A stretch of DNA of 48,404 nucleotides from Phycisphaerae bacterium (GTDB taxonomy: Bacteria > Planctomycetota > Phycisphaerae > SM23-33), in the NCBI GenBank assembly GCA_016931655.1, contig JAFGEJ010000209.1, forward strand, positions 1 to 48,404. The letters are read 5' to 3'. The position numbers and the translations under genes were made by a program. The notes beneath the pieces were generated by a model. The model did no database searches and had not been told where the DNA came from. It saw nothing but the letters and a program-made list of their open reading frames with translations. Shown here in pieces: positions 28,306-38,447 of this stretch. The stretch's first letter is position 1. The number at the start of each line of letters is the position of its first letter.

Positions 28306-28361
28306 TATGGTTTTTTCCCCTGTCGTGATTACAATAAAGGTTGTCAATACGGAGTGTAACG

Positions 28362-28571
28362 ATGGTCAAGGAATTTAATGTCGTGATCGAAAAAGATAAG
28401 GATGGGTATTTCGTGGCCTCCGTGCCTTCCCTGCGCGGATGTCATTCCCAGGCCAGGTCGCTGGACGTCCTGATGAAAAGGGTCAAGGAAGCCATCGAAC
28501 TGTGTCTGGAAGTGGAGAAACCGGTTTCCAATCAGTTTGTGGGCGTTCAGCGTATTTCCATCGTGGCATGA
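28362..28571 (+). CDS. hicB: HicB family antitoxin (UPF0150 fold)
   Basis: Reads FNVVIEKDKDGYFVASVPSLRGCHSQARSLDVLMKRVKEAIELCLE. GGAG lies 7 nt upstream of the ATG at 28362. The stop overlaps the hicA start (ATGA). Confidence 0.75.
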   Translation: MVKEFNVVIEKDKDGYFVASVPSLRGCHSQARSLDVLMKRVKEAIELCLEVEKPVSNQFVGVQRISIVA

Positions 28572-28762
28572 GCACCTTTTTCGCCATTACCGGGGCACAA
28601 CTCACCAAAGCACTTCGTCGTCTTGGTTTTGAACTCGTACGGACAAAGGGAAGCCATCATTTTCTTCGTCATTCCGACGGCCGATGTACTGTCGTTCCCG
28701 TCCATCGTGGGGAAACCATCGGACGTGAACTGACGCGGGAAGAACTCCAGAAAGAAATTTGA
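28568..28762 (+). CDS. hicA: HicA family mRNA interferase toxin
   Basis: 64 aa with LTKALRRLGFELVRTKGSHHFLRHSDGRCTVVPVH, the YcfA/HicA signature. Confidence 0.8.
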   Translation: MSTFFAITGAQLTKALRRLGFELVRTKGSHHFLRHSDGRCTVVPVHRGETIGRELTREELQKEI

Positions 28763-28821
28763 GCAAATCGTGGAAGAAAAAAATGGCCCCGTATATGAAT
28801 GGGTAAGTTTGGGGAAAAAGC

Positions 28822-30114
28822 TCAATATGCCCGGAAGATGACGGCCCCGGGGTAGTAAAACGCGAGGATGTCCTCCGCTCGCATGCCGCGCTGAGCCTTT
28901 TCCTCCGCGCCCCATTGGCTCATGCCCACGCCGTGGCCGAAGCCCCTGCCGTCGTAGAACTCCACCGCGTCGCCAAGGTCGCGGATCTGGCAGTTCATCG
29001 AGTAGAGTTTTTTCGCTTCCGGCGGCCCGGATTGCAACAGGCAAAGGCGTACGTCCTCGGCGCGGATCGTAGCCGATCGGCCGACTGGGCCTTGTGCCTC
29101 CAGCCAGATCGGCCGCCCGTAGGGCGTCTGGGCCTTTACGCGAAGGGTTTCGATTCCCCCCAGGGAACGAACGTCTTTGTACCTCCCGGCCAGGGCGGCG
29201 TACAGGTCGGTTTTGGCGATGCGCACGGGCTGCCAGGCATAGCGCGGACACGCTCTGCCGTCGTCGTCCTGCTGTCCGCCGGCCAGCGGCTCGATGCGGC
29301 GGCTCAGCGGCACGTTGCGAATCACGTGGGCTCCGTTGACGTATCCGCCGTTGCAGGCGGAAAACTGCGCCAGGAACACGCGCTCGTTCCCCGGCGAACC
29401 GTAGGCCAGCACGCAGGCGTGGGTGTCGCGGACGGCCTGCCAGCTCCGGTCGGTCTCCGCGAGCATCCCGCCGTACACCTGGGATCGCTGCGAGTCCCAC
29501 ACGTCGAAATTGCCGCGGGCGCCGCGGGTGGCCATCTCGTAAATCGCGTACGTGCGGGCGGCCATCGCCTGGGCGCGGTAGGCTTCCGGGTGAAAGTTTG
29601 GGTAGAGCTCCTTGGCGATCACGCTGGCGAGATAGCTTTCCAGGTCCACGTGGTTGTGCACGTAAAAATGATCCTCGTCGGAGGCGACCAGGACCAGCCG
29701 GCCGCGGTACATTTTGTCGCCGACGCGAATAAACCCGTCCGACCGCGGTTCAAGAACCAGTTGCCTTCCCGGCGCGGTCAGCAGCCCCAGCGTCCAGGCG
29801 CCGCCGGATCGGCGGCAGGGGGTGAGTTTCATGCCCAGGTTGGACCGTCCCGCGCTTCGCCCATCGACGCTGATGCGGTATCCGCCCGTACAGCCGACCT
29901 CAACGGTGTTGGCTGGGCTGCTCGTCAGGCGGACGCGCACCGTCGGCACGCCGTCCAGGCGCAGCGGCAAGGCCGGGGCGCCTCCCGACGGCGGCGCGGA
30001 GGTGCGACAACTCAGCGGCGCCATGACCGCCAGGCTACAGGCCAGCAGCAACCCCACCGCCGCCCACGTGGGGCGTGTGTGGCGCAACAACTTGTGTGCG
30101 TGTCGAAATGCCAT
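28822..30114 (-). CDS. SpoIID/LytB domain protein (peptidoglycan lytic transglycosylase-like)
   Basis: Contains AMAARTYAIYE, VWDSQRSQVYGG, CNGGY and GHGVGMSQWGA motifs. The start at MAFRH (ATG 30114) precedes a signal peptide. Confidence 0.85.
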   Translation of the reverse strand: MAFRHAHKLLRHTRPTWAAVGLLLACSLAVMAPLSCRTSAPPSGGAPALPLRLDGVPTVRVRLTSSPANTVEVGCTGGYRISVDGRSAGRSNLGMKLTPCRRSGGAWTLGLLTAPGRQLVLEPRSDGFIRVGDKMYRGRLVLVASDEDHFYVHNHVDLESYLASVIAKELYPNFHPEAYRAQAMAARTYAIYEMATRGARGNFDVWDSQRSQVYGGMLAETDRSWQAVRDTHACVLAYGSPGNERVFLAQFSACNGGYVNGAHVIRNVPLSRRIEPLAGGQQDDDGRACPRYAWQPVRIAKTDLYAALAGRYKDVRSLGGIETLRVKAQTPYGRPIWLEAQGPVGRSATIRAEDVRLCLLQSGPPEAKKLYSMNCQIRDLGDAVEFYDGRGFGHGVGMSQWGAEEKAQRGMRAEDILAFYYPGAVIFRAY

Positions 30115-30343
30115 ATGTACATCATCCGTGATGGAACGGGACCAGAGCGTTTCCTTCACTTCCTCTGAGGGTAGTATTGTATCGGATGGACGCGGCGCGG
30201 GGAAAGTCCATTTTCTCCGCTGGGAAGTGTCTGAAGCCGCCGAGTCGTTCCGAAAAACAACAACGCCGAACGGCAAGCCGATATGTAAATCCACTCGCCG
30301 TTCGGCGCTATAGTAAGAGTTTTTTTATGTGAGGCGAACTACG

Positions 30344-32500
30344 TTATCCACGGCGGCGTTTCAGGAACACCAATCCGACAGCCAGCAAACTCATCCCCGC
30401 CGGTTCGGGAGTGGGAGAGGACGCTCCCGTTCGACCATAATTGTCTGCAAAAATTGTGTAGTCTGCTGGATCAACATAACCATCCAGGTTAAAATCAGCC
30501 TGGTTCCAACTGTTTCCGGTACCATAATTATCTGCAAAAATTGTGTAGTCTGCCGGATCCACAGCCCCATCTAAATTCGCATCCCCCAGGATGGAGGGAT
30601 ACAGCGCCAGCAGGGCGGAATCGTAGCCGACCTGGCCTTCGTTGTCCACGACCTTCAGGCCGATCGTCAGCCACTCGCCCGTGGACAATCCCAACGCGAT
30701 CAGTTGGTCATACGTCAGGCTGCCCGTCCCGGAAAGGTCGTCGTATTGCCCGTCACCGTCGAGGTCCCAGAGCCACTGGAGGATATCGCCGCCGTCGGCG
30801 TCCTCGCCCGTGGCGGAAAAATCGACCGACGAACCCGGTTCGAGTGCATACGTCTCCAGGGCGTCGGCTGTCGGAAGGGAATAAATGTACACCGTTGTGG
30901 TTTCCTCCGCCTCCCCGGCCCACCAGCCGGTGATGTCCGCGTCGTTGTCCACCACGCCGAATCGCACCAGATGTCCCGACTGGCTGGGCGCCAGGTTGTA
31001 CGAACCGGTCAGTTCTTCATAGCTCAGCGTCGCCGAGTCCGTGAAAAGGTCCCATACGCCGTCGTTGTCAATATCCCAGCGATACTGCGAAATCCCCCCA
31101 CCATCCGGGTCGGAACCGCTGCCGTCAAAGTGCGCCGGACTGCCGCCCTGCCAGGCCGTCGACGCGGAATCCACATCGCACGTCGGATTCACCAGGATCG
31201 GCATGGAAATACCGCTGATCGTTTCTGTTTTGCCTTCATTGTCCGTTACGCGAAGTGTAACCGTATGATTTTCATTCGCGGTGATTCCACGGGATTGGAA
31301 GTCGGTGTAGTACACCATGACAGAGGAGCCGCCGCTTTTATCGAACGATCCGTTGTTATCCAGATCCCATTGCCAGTTGGTGATACCTCCACCGTCGGCG
31401 TCGTCCGAACCGTCGTCCTCCAGGTAGTCCCAGTCCCATCCCGTCGGCACGTCGCCCGCCTTGCCCAGCCAGCCGTAATGCGCCTTGCCGGCGGCGGTCG
31501 GATTGGAATACACCGCCAGCGTGGCGGTGTCGTAGGCTGTGCTCTGGTAGGCGCTCGGTTCGTCGTCGGCCACCCGCAAATTGACGGTGGTTCCCTCGGT
31601 ATACCCGACCAGGCTGACCAGTTGCGAATGACTCAGGTTGGGACTCGCGCCGGAGGTTTCGTACGTGCCGTCGTTGTTCAAATCCCAGGAGCAATTGATT
31701 CCCCCGCCGTTGTTGGAATAGGAACCGCTGGAGTTCCACGAGATCGAATCGGGGTCTTGTGACCCGGCGCTGGAGAACGTCACCGACCCGCCGGGGTTCA
31801 CCGCGTAGTTGCCGTTTGCGTTGGCGATGGTCGGCTGTTCGGCGAGAAACAAGTCCGCCAGCATCACCCGGCCGAGGAATTGTCCCAGCGTCGTTCCGTT
31901 CCAACCGGCGGCGCGATAGTCGTTATAATCAAAAAGTGGAACGCCCAGATTATCTTTCGCCCAATTCGCGGCGTTGATGGCGGTGTCATAGTATTTCGTC
32001 ATAATCTGGGAACGCGTTCCGTTGAATGTCTTCGAATAACCGTTTCTGCTATGGGTAAAACTCGACGTGCCGACAATACTGGGATAATCACTCCATGTGG
32101 CCACCTGGGCTTCCAATGCCGCTTCTTTTATCGTGTCGCTCCAAACATCATTGGCGGGGCTATGGCCCACGGGCACGCCGCAATCGGTGGCGATGTGAAT
32201 GAGATATTTCACACGCGTGGTTTGATCCAGACTCGTCCAGTCCTGGCCGCTGTACGTTCCTAAGTACCCGCGATCGCGAATCATTGCCCACCCCGGGTGA
32301 TGCCATTCATCGGGCGGTTCGCCAGTGAAATTTATGACAGTGCTGACGCTACAGTCCCCGGGAATCAACGGCGAGATCACAGGATCATACAGCAGATTCT
32401 CCGCCAGGACGGAGTGCGACGGCCCGCCCCAGCCGAAGGCGGAAGCGGACAGAACAAGAACAGCCGAGATCGTCAATATGGAATTGGTAACCCTAAACAT
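30344..32500 (-). CDS. Multidomain secreted protein: phospholipase C/P1-nuclease-like N-domain, PKD-like repeats, dockerin-like Ca-binding repeats, PEP-CTERM anchor
   Basis: A signal peptide is followed by WGGPSHSVLAE. Four repeats of W.WDLDNDG type follow, then GDANLDGAVDPADYTIFADNYG and DFNLDGYVDPADYTIFADNYG. The C-terminus is PTPEPAGMSLLAVGLVFLKRRRG. AGAGGAG precedes the ATG. Confidence 0.8.
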   Translation of the reverse strand: MFRVTNSILTISAVLVLSASAFGWGGPSHSVLAENLLYDPVISPLIPGDCSVSTVINFTGEPPDEWHHPGWAMIRDRGYLGTYSGQDWTSLDQTTRVKYLIHIATDCGVPVGHSPANDVWSDTIKEAALEAQVATWSDYPSIVGTSSFTHSRNGYSKTFNGTRSQIMTKYYDTAINAANWAKDNLGVPLFDYNDYRAAGWNGTTLGQFLGRVMLADLFLAEQPTIANANGNYAVNPGGSVTFSSAGSQDPDSISWNSSGSYSNNGGGINCSWDLNNDGTYETSGASPNLSHSQLVSLVGYTEGTTVNLRVADDEPSAYQSTAYDTATLAVYSNPTAAGKAHYGWLGKAGDVPTGWDWDYLEDDGSDDADGGGITNWQWDLDNNGSFDKSGGSSVMVYYTDFQSRGITANENHTVTLRVTDNEGKTETISGISMPILVNPTCDVDSASTAWQGGSPAHFDGSGSDPDGGGISQYRWDIDNDGVWDLFTDSATLSYEELTGSYNLAPSQSGHLVRFGVVDNDADITGWWAGEAEETTTVYIYSLPTADALETYALEPGSSVDFSATGEDADGGDILQWLWDLDGDGQYDDLSGTGSLTYDQLIALGLSTGEWLTIGLKVVDNEGQVGYDSALLALYPSILGDANLDGAVDPADYTIFADNYGTGNSWNQADFNLDGYVDPADYTIFADNYGRTGASSPTPEPAGMSLLAVGLVFLKRRRG

Positions 32501-32848
32501 AATTTCGCTCCTCTGTTGCGGGGCCTTGGATTCGGATTATTCCCGACTTCGTTCGCCACGACAGCGTTCGGCGTATACGAATACACTTTTAAAGTTTGTG
32601 CCCTTCGGGGGGGAGAGGCCCACGAGAAAACTTTATTTTTTTACACCTGTCGTTTGTCGGCGTCGGAGGTGCGGCATGGCGGAAAAAACGTTCACGCACA
32701 CCAAACCCAGCCGACTGCGGACTTGACGCGGGGCGCGGTTTTTCCTACCATGCGGCGCAGCGTCGGCGGGCAGCCGGCGCTTCCTCGAAGCGCCGCTTCA
32801 TTCACGATTCATATTCATCATTGCTCTCGGCGGAGTAGAGGTTTTTAG

Positions 32849-34408
32849 ATGGTCAACTTTTATTGTCGAGCCTGCGGGCTATATATCAGCGTCCCGGCAG
32901 AGTATGCCGGCGGACGGGGTGTGTGTCCGCGCTGTAAAACGCCGCTTCGCATTCCTCGTTCCCTGCCGGAAAATCACCCCGATTTCGTGGAAGGACTTCG
33001 GTACCTGGCCGACCTGTTCGACTCCGCCCCTCTGCCTCCGACGGAGCGCCCGCCCATTGTCATCGCTTCGATGGGACCCAGTGTGCGCTTCCAGTGCGAA
33101 ACATGCGGGCGGGAGTTCGAGAGCCTCAAGCCGACCGGCCGGCCTGAGGGACAATGCCCTCATTGCGGCACGGTCACAAAAACGCCGATAACGCCGGCGG
33201 TGGACTTCCCGCGTGAATACGCCTCCGACGCCCAATCCGCCGCCCCGGCTGCACCGAAAGAGGGCGGATGGATCATGGACGGCGACTTTCTCGTCGCGCC
33301 GCGGTCTCCCAACCAGGATCCAAGCGATTCGATTATCCAGGGCCTGCCCCTGCTGTCCAACGAGCAAAGCGCCCCGGGTTCGGATCTCGCCGAGGCCCGG
33401 AAATCCAGCTCGGACATCGAAGCGCATCTGGCCGCCCGAATGGCGCCCGAATCCGCCGCCGAATCCGGGGACCGCCGGGAATGGTTTTACCTCCTGCGGG
33501 AGCATCAGCACGGCCCGGTTTCCACCGCCAAGCTGCAACATCTCATCCAGAACGGGAAAGTGGGCCTGTCGGTACTGGTATTCCACGAAGGATTAAAGGG
33601 CTGGCGCCCGATTGAGGAATTTGAGGAACTCCGCGTTTTCGCCAAAACGCCCGATGTTCCGGAACCGTTCGCCGAGGTGAAATCGTCTTCCGCCCTGACC
33701 CTGCAGGAACTCAGGCGACTGCATCGGAAATTCGTGAGGCTGTTGTGGTTGTTCATCATCGCCGGTTTTGTCTTCACGCTGGGCCTGGTGATGAGACAAA
33801 GCCTCTACGCCCTGGGGGGAAAATTTTTCACGCGGGCGAACCTGATGCTTTCGCTGTTGATTTTTCTGGCGGTCCTGTACGGGGGCTCGCTGTTGATTCG
33901 ATGGTGGGTTATTTTCCGCCGGGCGCCGCTGTCCGTTCGTCTGCGGACGTGGATCGGCATGGGCGGATTGCTGGTGTGCATGGTCACGACGCTGACGTTG
34001 GCGTTGAGCTGGCGGGGCGAAGGACAGGCGCAACTGGATCGAGACAGTATCATGACGGCCCAGAGGATTTTCATCGTTCTTCGCGGAGGAAAGGTGGAAG
34101 ATTCACACGTGAGTGTGGATTGGGGAAATCTTCGGGTCAACGGTGTGGAGTTCGGCCAGCGGTTTGACGCCGCGCATAGCCGGGCCGATCGCCAGAAACT
34201 CATGGACTCCGTCTGTGAAGTTTTCCTCACGGCCTTCGAGCCGTACTTCCACCACGATGAGTTGAATTATCCCATGCACCTCGACACGTGGCGCGTGGTT
34301 CATCGCGACGCCGGCGACACGACGGTGGAAGTGCGCATTCCCTCCACGGGGCGAATTCTCCGCTTCACGCTCCGCGCCAACCGCCTGGTCGGCCTTGATT
34401 TACCGTAA
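32849..34408 (+). CDS. Membrane protein with two zinc-ribbons and a GYF_2-like domain
   Basis: The zinc-ribbons are CRACG...CPRC and CETCG...CPHC. EWFYLLREHQHGPVSTAKLQHLIQNGKVGLSVLVFHEGLKGWRPIEEFEEL is GYF_2/DUF4339-like. About four TM helices follow. Confidence 0.55.
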   Translation: MVNFYCRACGLYISVPAEYAGGRGVCPRCKTPLRIPRSLPENHPDFVEGLRYLADLFDSAPLPPTERPPIVIASMGPSVRFQCETCGREFESLKPTGRPEGQCPHCGTVTKTPITPAVDFPREYASDAQSAAPAAPKEGGWIMDGDFLVAPRSPNQDPSDSIIQGLPLLSNEQSAPGSDLAEARKSSSDIEAHLAARMAPESAAESGDRREWFYLLREHQHGPVSTAKLQHLIQNGKVGLSVLVFHEGLKGWRPIEEFEELRVFAKTPDVPEPFAEVKSSSALTLQELRRLHRKFVRLLWLFIIAGFVFTLGLVMRQSLYALGGKFFTRANLMLSLLIFLAVLYGGSLLIRWWVIFRRAPLSVRLRTWIGMGGLLVCMVTTLTLALSWRGEGQAQLDRDSIMTAQRIFIVLRGGKVEDSHVSVDWGNLRVNGVEFGQRFDAAHSRADRQKLMDSVCEVFLTAFEPYFHHDELNYPMHLDTWRVVHRDAGDTTVEVRIPSTGRILRFTLRANRLVGLDLP

Positions 34409-34483
34409 GGTGGGGGTGGCTGGAAAATCATGGTGGTGTAGTGGCACCTTCAAGAAACGGCGGGCTCGAAGAGAACGTCGGTT

Positions 34484-34535
34484 CTTGTGGGTGCTCTTTG
34501 CCCCAGGTCAAAAGCACCCACAAGCTCGTTTTTTA
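34484..34535 (+). terminator. Rho-independent terminator after the zinc-ribbon/GYF gene
   Basis: The stem pairs cttgtgggtgctctttg with caaaagcacccacaag, with one bulge and an 8-nt loop. It is followed by ctcgtttttt. Confidence 0.7.
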
Positions 34536-34582
34536 AACTCGCTTGAAGGCGCCACAAATCACGGATTGGCCGCAAAACGGGA

Positions 34583-34611
34583 TTGACAGAATCCTTTCCA
34601 AATACTACAGT
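34583..34611 (+). promoter_or_regulatory. Candidate sigma70-type promoter for rpmA
   Basis: TTGACA (34583-34588), a 17-nt spacer and TACAGT (34606-34611), about 75 nt upstream of the rpmA ATG. A GC-rich hairpin sits in the leader. Confidence 0.4.
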
Positions 34612-34687
34612 ACTCAATTCGCCCCCGGTCCCCGGGATGGCCCGCGGGGCGAACCTGAGTTCAGAGGATCGCAGCGGGAGATGGTTT

Positions 34688-34921
34688 ATGGCACATAAAA
34701 AAGGACAAGGTTCAACGCGCAACGGCCGGGACAGCAATCCCCAGTACCGCGGCGTGAAGCGATTCGGCGGGCAGAAGGTCTCGGCCGGCACGATTCTCGT
34801 GCGCCAGGTCGGTACGCCCTTCAAGGCGGGCAAGAACGTCGGCTGCGGCCGAGACAACACCCTCTTCGCCCTGACCGAAGGAAGTGTGAACTTCCGCGGA
34901 CGATTCGTGGACGTCGTCTGA
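34688..34921 (+). CDS. rpmA: 50S ribosomal protein L27
   Basis: [40 protein letters not shown] is the L27 signature. No rplU lies upstream. Confidence 0.95.
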   Translation: MAHKKGQGSTRNGRDSNPQYRGVKRFGGQKVSAGTILVRQVGTPFKAGKNVGCGRDNTLFALTEGSVNFRGRFVDVV

Positions 34922-34951
34922 CGCCCCGCGGCTGGAACACGGTGATATTCC

Positions 34952-34984
34952 GGGATGGCCCTTCACGGCGCCATCCCTTTTTTT
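34952..34984 (+). terminator. Rho-independent terminator after rpmA
   Basis: gggatggc (34952-34959) pairs with gccatccc (34970-34977), followed by a T7 tract (34978-34984). Confidence 0.75.
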
Positions 34985-34990
34985 GGGATT

Positions 34991-35085
34991 TGGTAGTCGG
35001 TAGCCCGTAGCCGGTAGTCGGGAAAGAGGCTGTCGCCTTTCACCGGCTACCGGCTACTGACTACCGACTATTGAATTACGGGCTA
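34991..35085. repeat. Hairpin built from tandem GGTAGYC heptamers, upstream of obgE
   Basis: The left arm reads ggtagtc ggtagcc cgtagcc ggtagtc (34992-35020). The right arm is caccggctaccggctactgactaccgacta (35041-35070). The arms are largely complementary, with two perfect 10-nt blocks. Confidence 0.75.
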
Positions 35086-35089
35086 CTAA

Positions 35090-36118
<1,029 letters not shown>

Positions 36119-36149
36119 CGAAATTCGTTATTATCCAAGGAATTGACCC

Positions 36150-36944
36150 ATGACCAACGACAACGAGTCACAAATCCCCGGCGTGCTGGCCTGCGACTGC
36201 GGCAATACGTGCATTTCCTTCACGCAGGTGCAGGGGGAAGCCGTCTCGCCGGTGCAACGATTCCGTCCGGGCGAGTGGAAATCGCTCGGTAAGGCGCTGG
36301 AGGATGCATGGGCGGACATGCCCTCGCCGAAGAAGATCGTCGCCGCCAGTGTGAACGCCGCCGCGCTGAGGGCTTTGGAGGCTGCGGCTACGGAAATCCT
36401 CCGGCAGGACGTGCTGGTTGTCGGACGCGACTTGCCGCTGCCCATGAGCACCACATTGGCGAACCCGGAGAAGATCGGTGTGGATCGCCTCTGCTGTGCC
36501 GCAGCCGCCTTCGACCGGCTGGGAGTCGCCTGCGTGGTGGCGGACTTCGGAACGGCGATTACGATCGATTGCGTTGACGGCCGGGGCGTGTTTCTCGGCG
36601 GGGCGATCCTGCCGGGCCTGCGGACTTCGGCCGCGGCGCTGCACGCGGCGACCGATCAATTGCCCGAAGTGGAACTCACCGAGCCTACGTGGGTTTTCGG
36701 CGGCGACACGCGCCAAGCCATCGTCGGCGGCGTGGTTTACGGAGCCCGCGGTGCGCTGCGGGAACGCGTCGAGGCCTACGCCACCGAACTGGGCGCCTGG
36801 CCGATCGTTATCGTCACCGGCGGCGATGCGCACCTGATCTGTCCCCACCCCGGCGAGGAAGGACTCGTCCAGGCCGTCGTCGAAGACCTCTGCCTGCGCG
36901 GCGTCGCCATCGCGTACTACAAAACGCTCCTGCGTAGCGAATGA
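36150..36944 (+). CDS. coaX: Type III pantothenate kinase
   Basis: Contains LACDCGNT, IGVDRL, VADFGTAITID and GGDTRQAIVGGVVYG motifs. Confidence 0.9.
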   Translation: MTNDNESQIPGVLACDCGNTCISFTQVQGEAVSPVQRFRPGEWKSLGKALEDAWADMPSPKKIVAASVNAAALRALEAAATEILRQDVLVVGRDLPLPMSTTLANPEKIGVDRLCCAAAAFDRLGVACVVADFGTAITIDCVDGRGVFLGGAILPGLRTSAAALHAATDQLPEVELTEPTWVFGGDTRQAIVGGVVYGARGALRERVEAYATELGAWPIVIVTGGDAHLICPHPGEEGLVQAVVEDLCLRGVAIAYYKTLLRSE

Positions 36945-37050
36945 CGAAGGACGAAATTCGAGGACCTCGCCTGGCGGAGCACCCGCTCCGCCAGGCAGAA
37001 TTCGGATTTCGTCATGGATTCGTCATTCTTCATTCGTGAATTCGTCATTT
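36940..37050. repeat. Nested palindrome of GACGAA/ATTCGTC heptamer words around a GC hairpin, between convergent coaX and the DUF401-like gene (bidirectional terminator candidate)
   Basis: The central perfect 12-bp stem pairs gcctggcggagc (36969-36980) with gctccgccaggc (36985-36996). The flanking arms are gaatgacgaaggacgaaattcg and gaattcggatttcgtcatggattcgtcattc. The same aatgacgaatgacgaaattcg word string recurs at 36108-36128. Confidence 0.75.
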
Positions 37051-37056
37051 CCCTTT

Positions 37057-38349
37057 CTATCCCCATTGGCGAAGCAGCAGGAAGTAGCCCGTGTTCAGCG
37101 TCGCGGTCAGCAGCGCCGAAGGCAGCAGGTAGCGATACACCGGCCCGTAGGTCGTCCCGAAGTATTTATTGCTGAGAATCTGGCAGACGTGCAGCGGGCT
37201 GAGCATTTGCCCCATGTGTCCAAAGCCGTAGGCCAGCGGAATGTACATCCACACCGCCCCGGCGGTTTCGCTTACGCCGACGAGGTTCAGCACGATCGGA
37301 AACGACGTGCCGACAAACCCCACCGCCACGCCCGTGACGAATCCCGCGATGAACGGCAGAATCGCCACCACCAGGATCATCGGCACGTGAATGCCCTGGA
37401 GTTCCTCGGCGATTCGTTGCGGCGCCCGGACCTCTTCGAGCGTGAGTTGGAATATCATGATCGACAGGATCAGCACCGCCATCGTGTAGGCCGACGGCTG
37501 ACCGAACGCTTTTCGCAGACTTTTTGCGCCGAGTTTTCGCGTGTGGAGCGTCCAGAAGATGCTCCCCAGCAGGCCGAGGATCAGCGGGCCGTATCGCGGG
37601 ATCGCGCCGAGCAGCGACCCAGCCGGCCGCGAACCCAGCCAATAATTGGCCGGCAGAAACGTCGCCACCCAGATCAGCAGGATCAGCCAGATGGCCCCCG
37701 TGGCGCGCAGCAGCTTTCGCTTCGTCCCCGCCGGCGCCGCGACGCTCTTGGCGTGCAGGTCGGGATGCGTCCCGCGCAGCATCAGCAGCCCGCCGAGGAA
37801 CATAAACAGGCTGGCGGGGAGCATCAGGCGGGACCAGGAGGGAATGCTCAATTCCGTCAGTGCCATCGCGAGGATCACGCCCGGGTACAACGGCCAGAAG
37901 TATTCCCAGACGTGGCGGAACCAGTAGTTGACCGCCGAGAGCAGCCCGCGGGGCACGTCGGCCCGTCCGCTGGCGGTTTCGACCATGGGGGCGGAGAAAA
38001 TCGCCCCGCCGGGCATGGGCAGCAGACCGATCAGGGCGGGCATGGCCATCATCGTCACCGCCGGGCGACGAAGCACCGCGTGGGCCAGGGAAACGATCTC
38101 CTCCAGCTGGCCGCTTTCTCGCATCAGAATGGACAGGCCCAGGAGCAGAATGGTAATCAAGGCCAACCCGACGGACCGCGGCGCCGTCGCGCCCGCCAGG
38201 GCCGTCTGCGCCAGGCCCACGCCCCCCAGACCCAGCGCCAGGCCCACCGCCATGCTGCCGGCCAGGATCGCCGCGCCCAGCGGCACGCGAAACCGCGCCA
38301 GCACCAGAATCAACCCGAACGCGCCCAATGTGACCGGTAAAGCGAACAT
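37057..38349 (-). CDS. Polytopic membrane protein, DUF401-like putative transporter
   Basis: 430 aa with about 12 hydrophobic helices. The motif MPALIGLLPMPGGAIFSAPMV is, as I recall, characteristic of DUF401. The family call is tentative. Confidence 0.5.
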   Translation of the reverse strand: MFALPVTLGAFGLILVLARFRVPLGAAILAGSMAVGLALGLGGVGLAQTALAGATAPRSVGLALITILLLGLSILMRESGQLEEIVSLAHAVLRRPAVTMMAMPALIGLLPMPGGAIFSAPMVETASGRADVPRGLLSAVNYWFRHVWEYFWPLYPGVILAMALTELSIPSWSRLMLPASLFMFLGGLLMLRGTHPDLHAKSVAAPAGTKRKLLRATGAIWLILLIWVATFLPANYWLGSRPAGSLLGAIPRYGPLILGLLGSIFWTLHTRKLGAKSLRKAFGQPSAYTMAVLILSIMIFQLTLEEVRAPQRIAEELQGIHVPMILVVAILPFIAGFVTGVAVGFVGTSFPIVLNLVGVSETAGAVWMYIPLAYGFGHMGQMLSPLHVCQILSNKYFGTTYGPVYRYLLPSALLTATLNTGYFLLLRQWG

Positions 38350-38447
38350 GGGTGGGTATCATGCCAAGCCCGCCGCGAAAAGTCCAACCCGGATTCGCAC
38401 CGTGAATTGATAAAAAGGTTCATGCCGCAATTTCGGGAAAGGCAATA

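Noticed and set aside
25474-28347. 957-aa minus-strand ORF covering coaD and the HEAT-repeat gene
   Set aside because: It is Arg/Gly/Pro-rich with no recognisable motifs. It lies antisense to two well-supported plus-strand genes. This is a typical stop-free shadow frame in high-GC DNA.
37036-38340. 434-aa plus-strand ORF and 398-aa alternative minus-frame ORF over the DUF401-like gene
   Set aside because: They are extremely Arg/Gln/Pro/His-rich with no hydrophobic core. The 430-aa minus-strand frame gives a coherent polytopic membrane protein.
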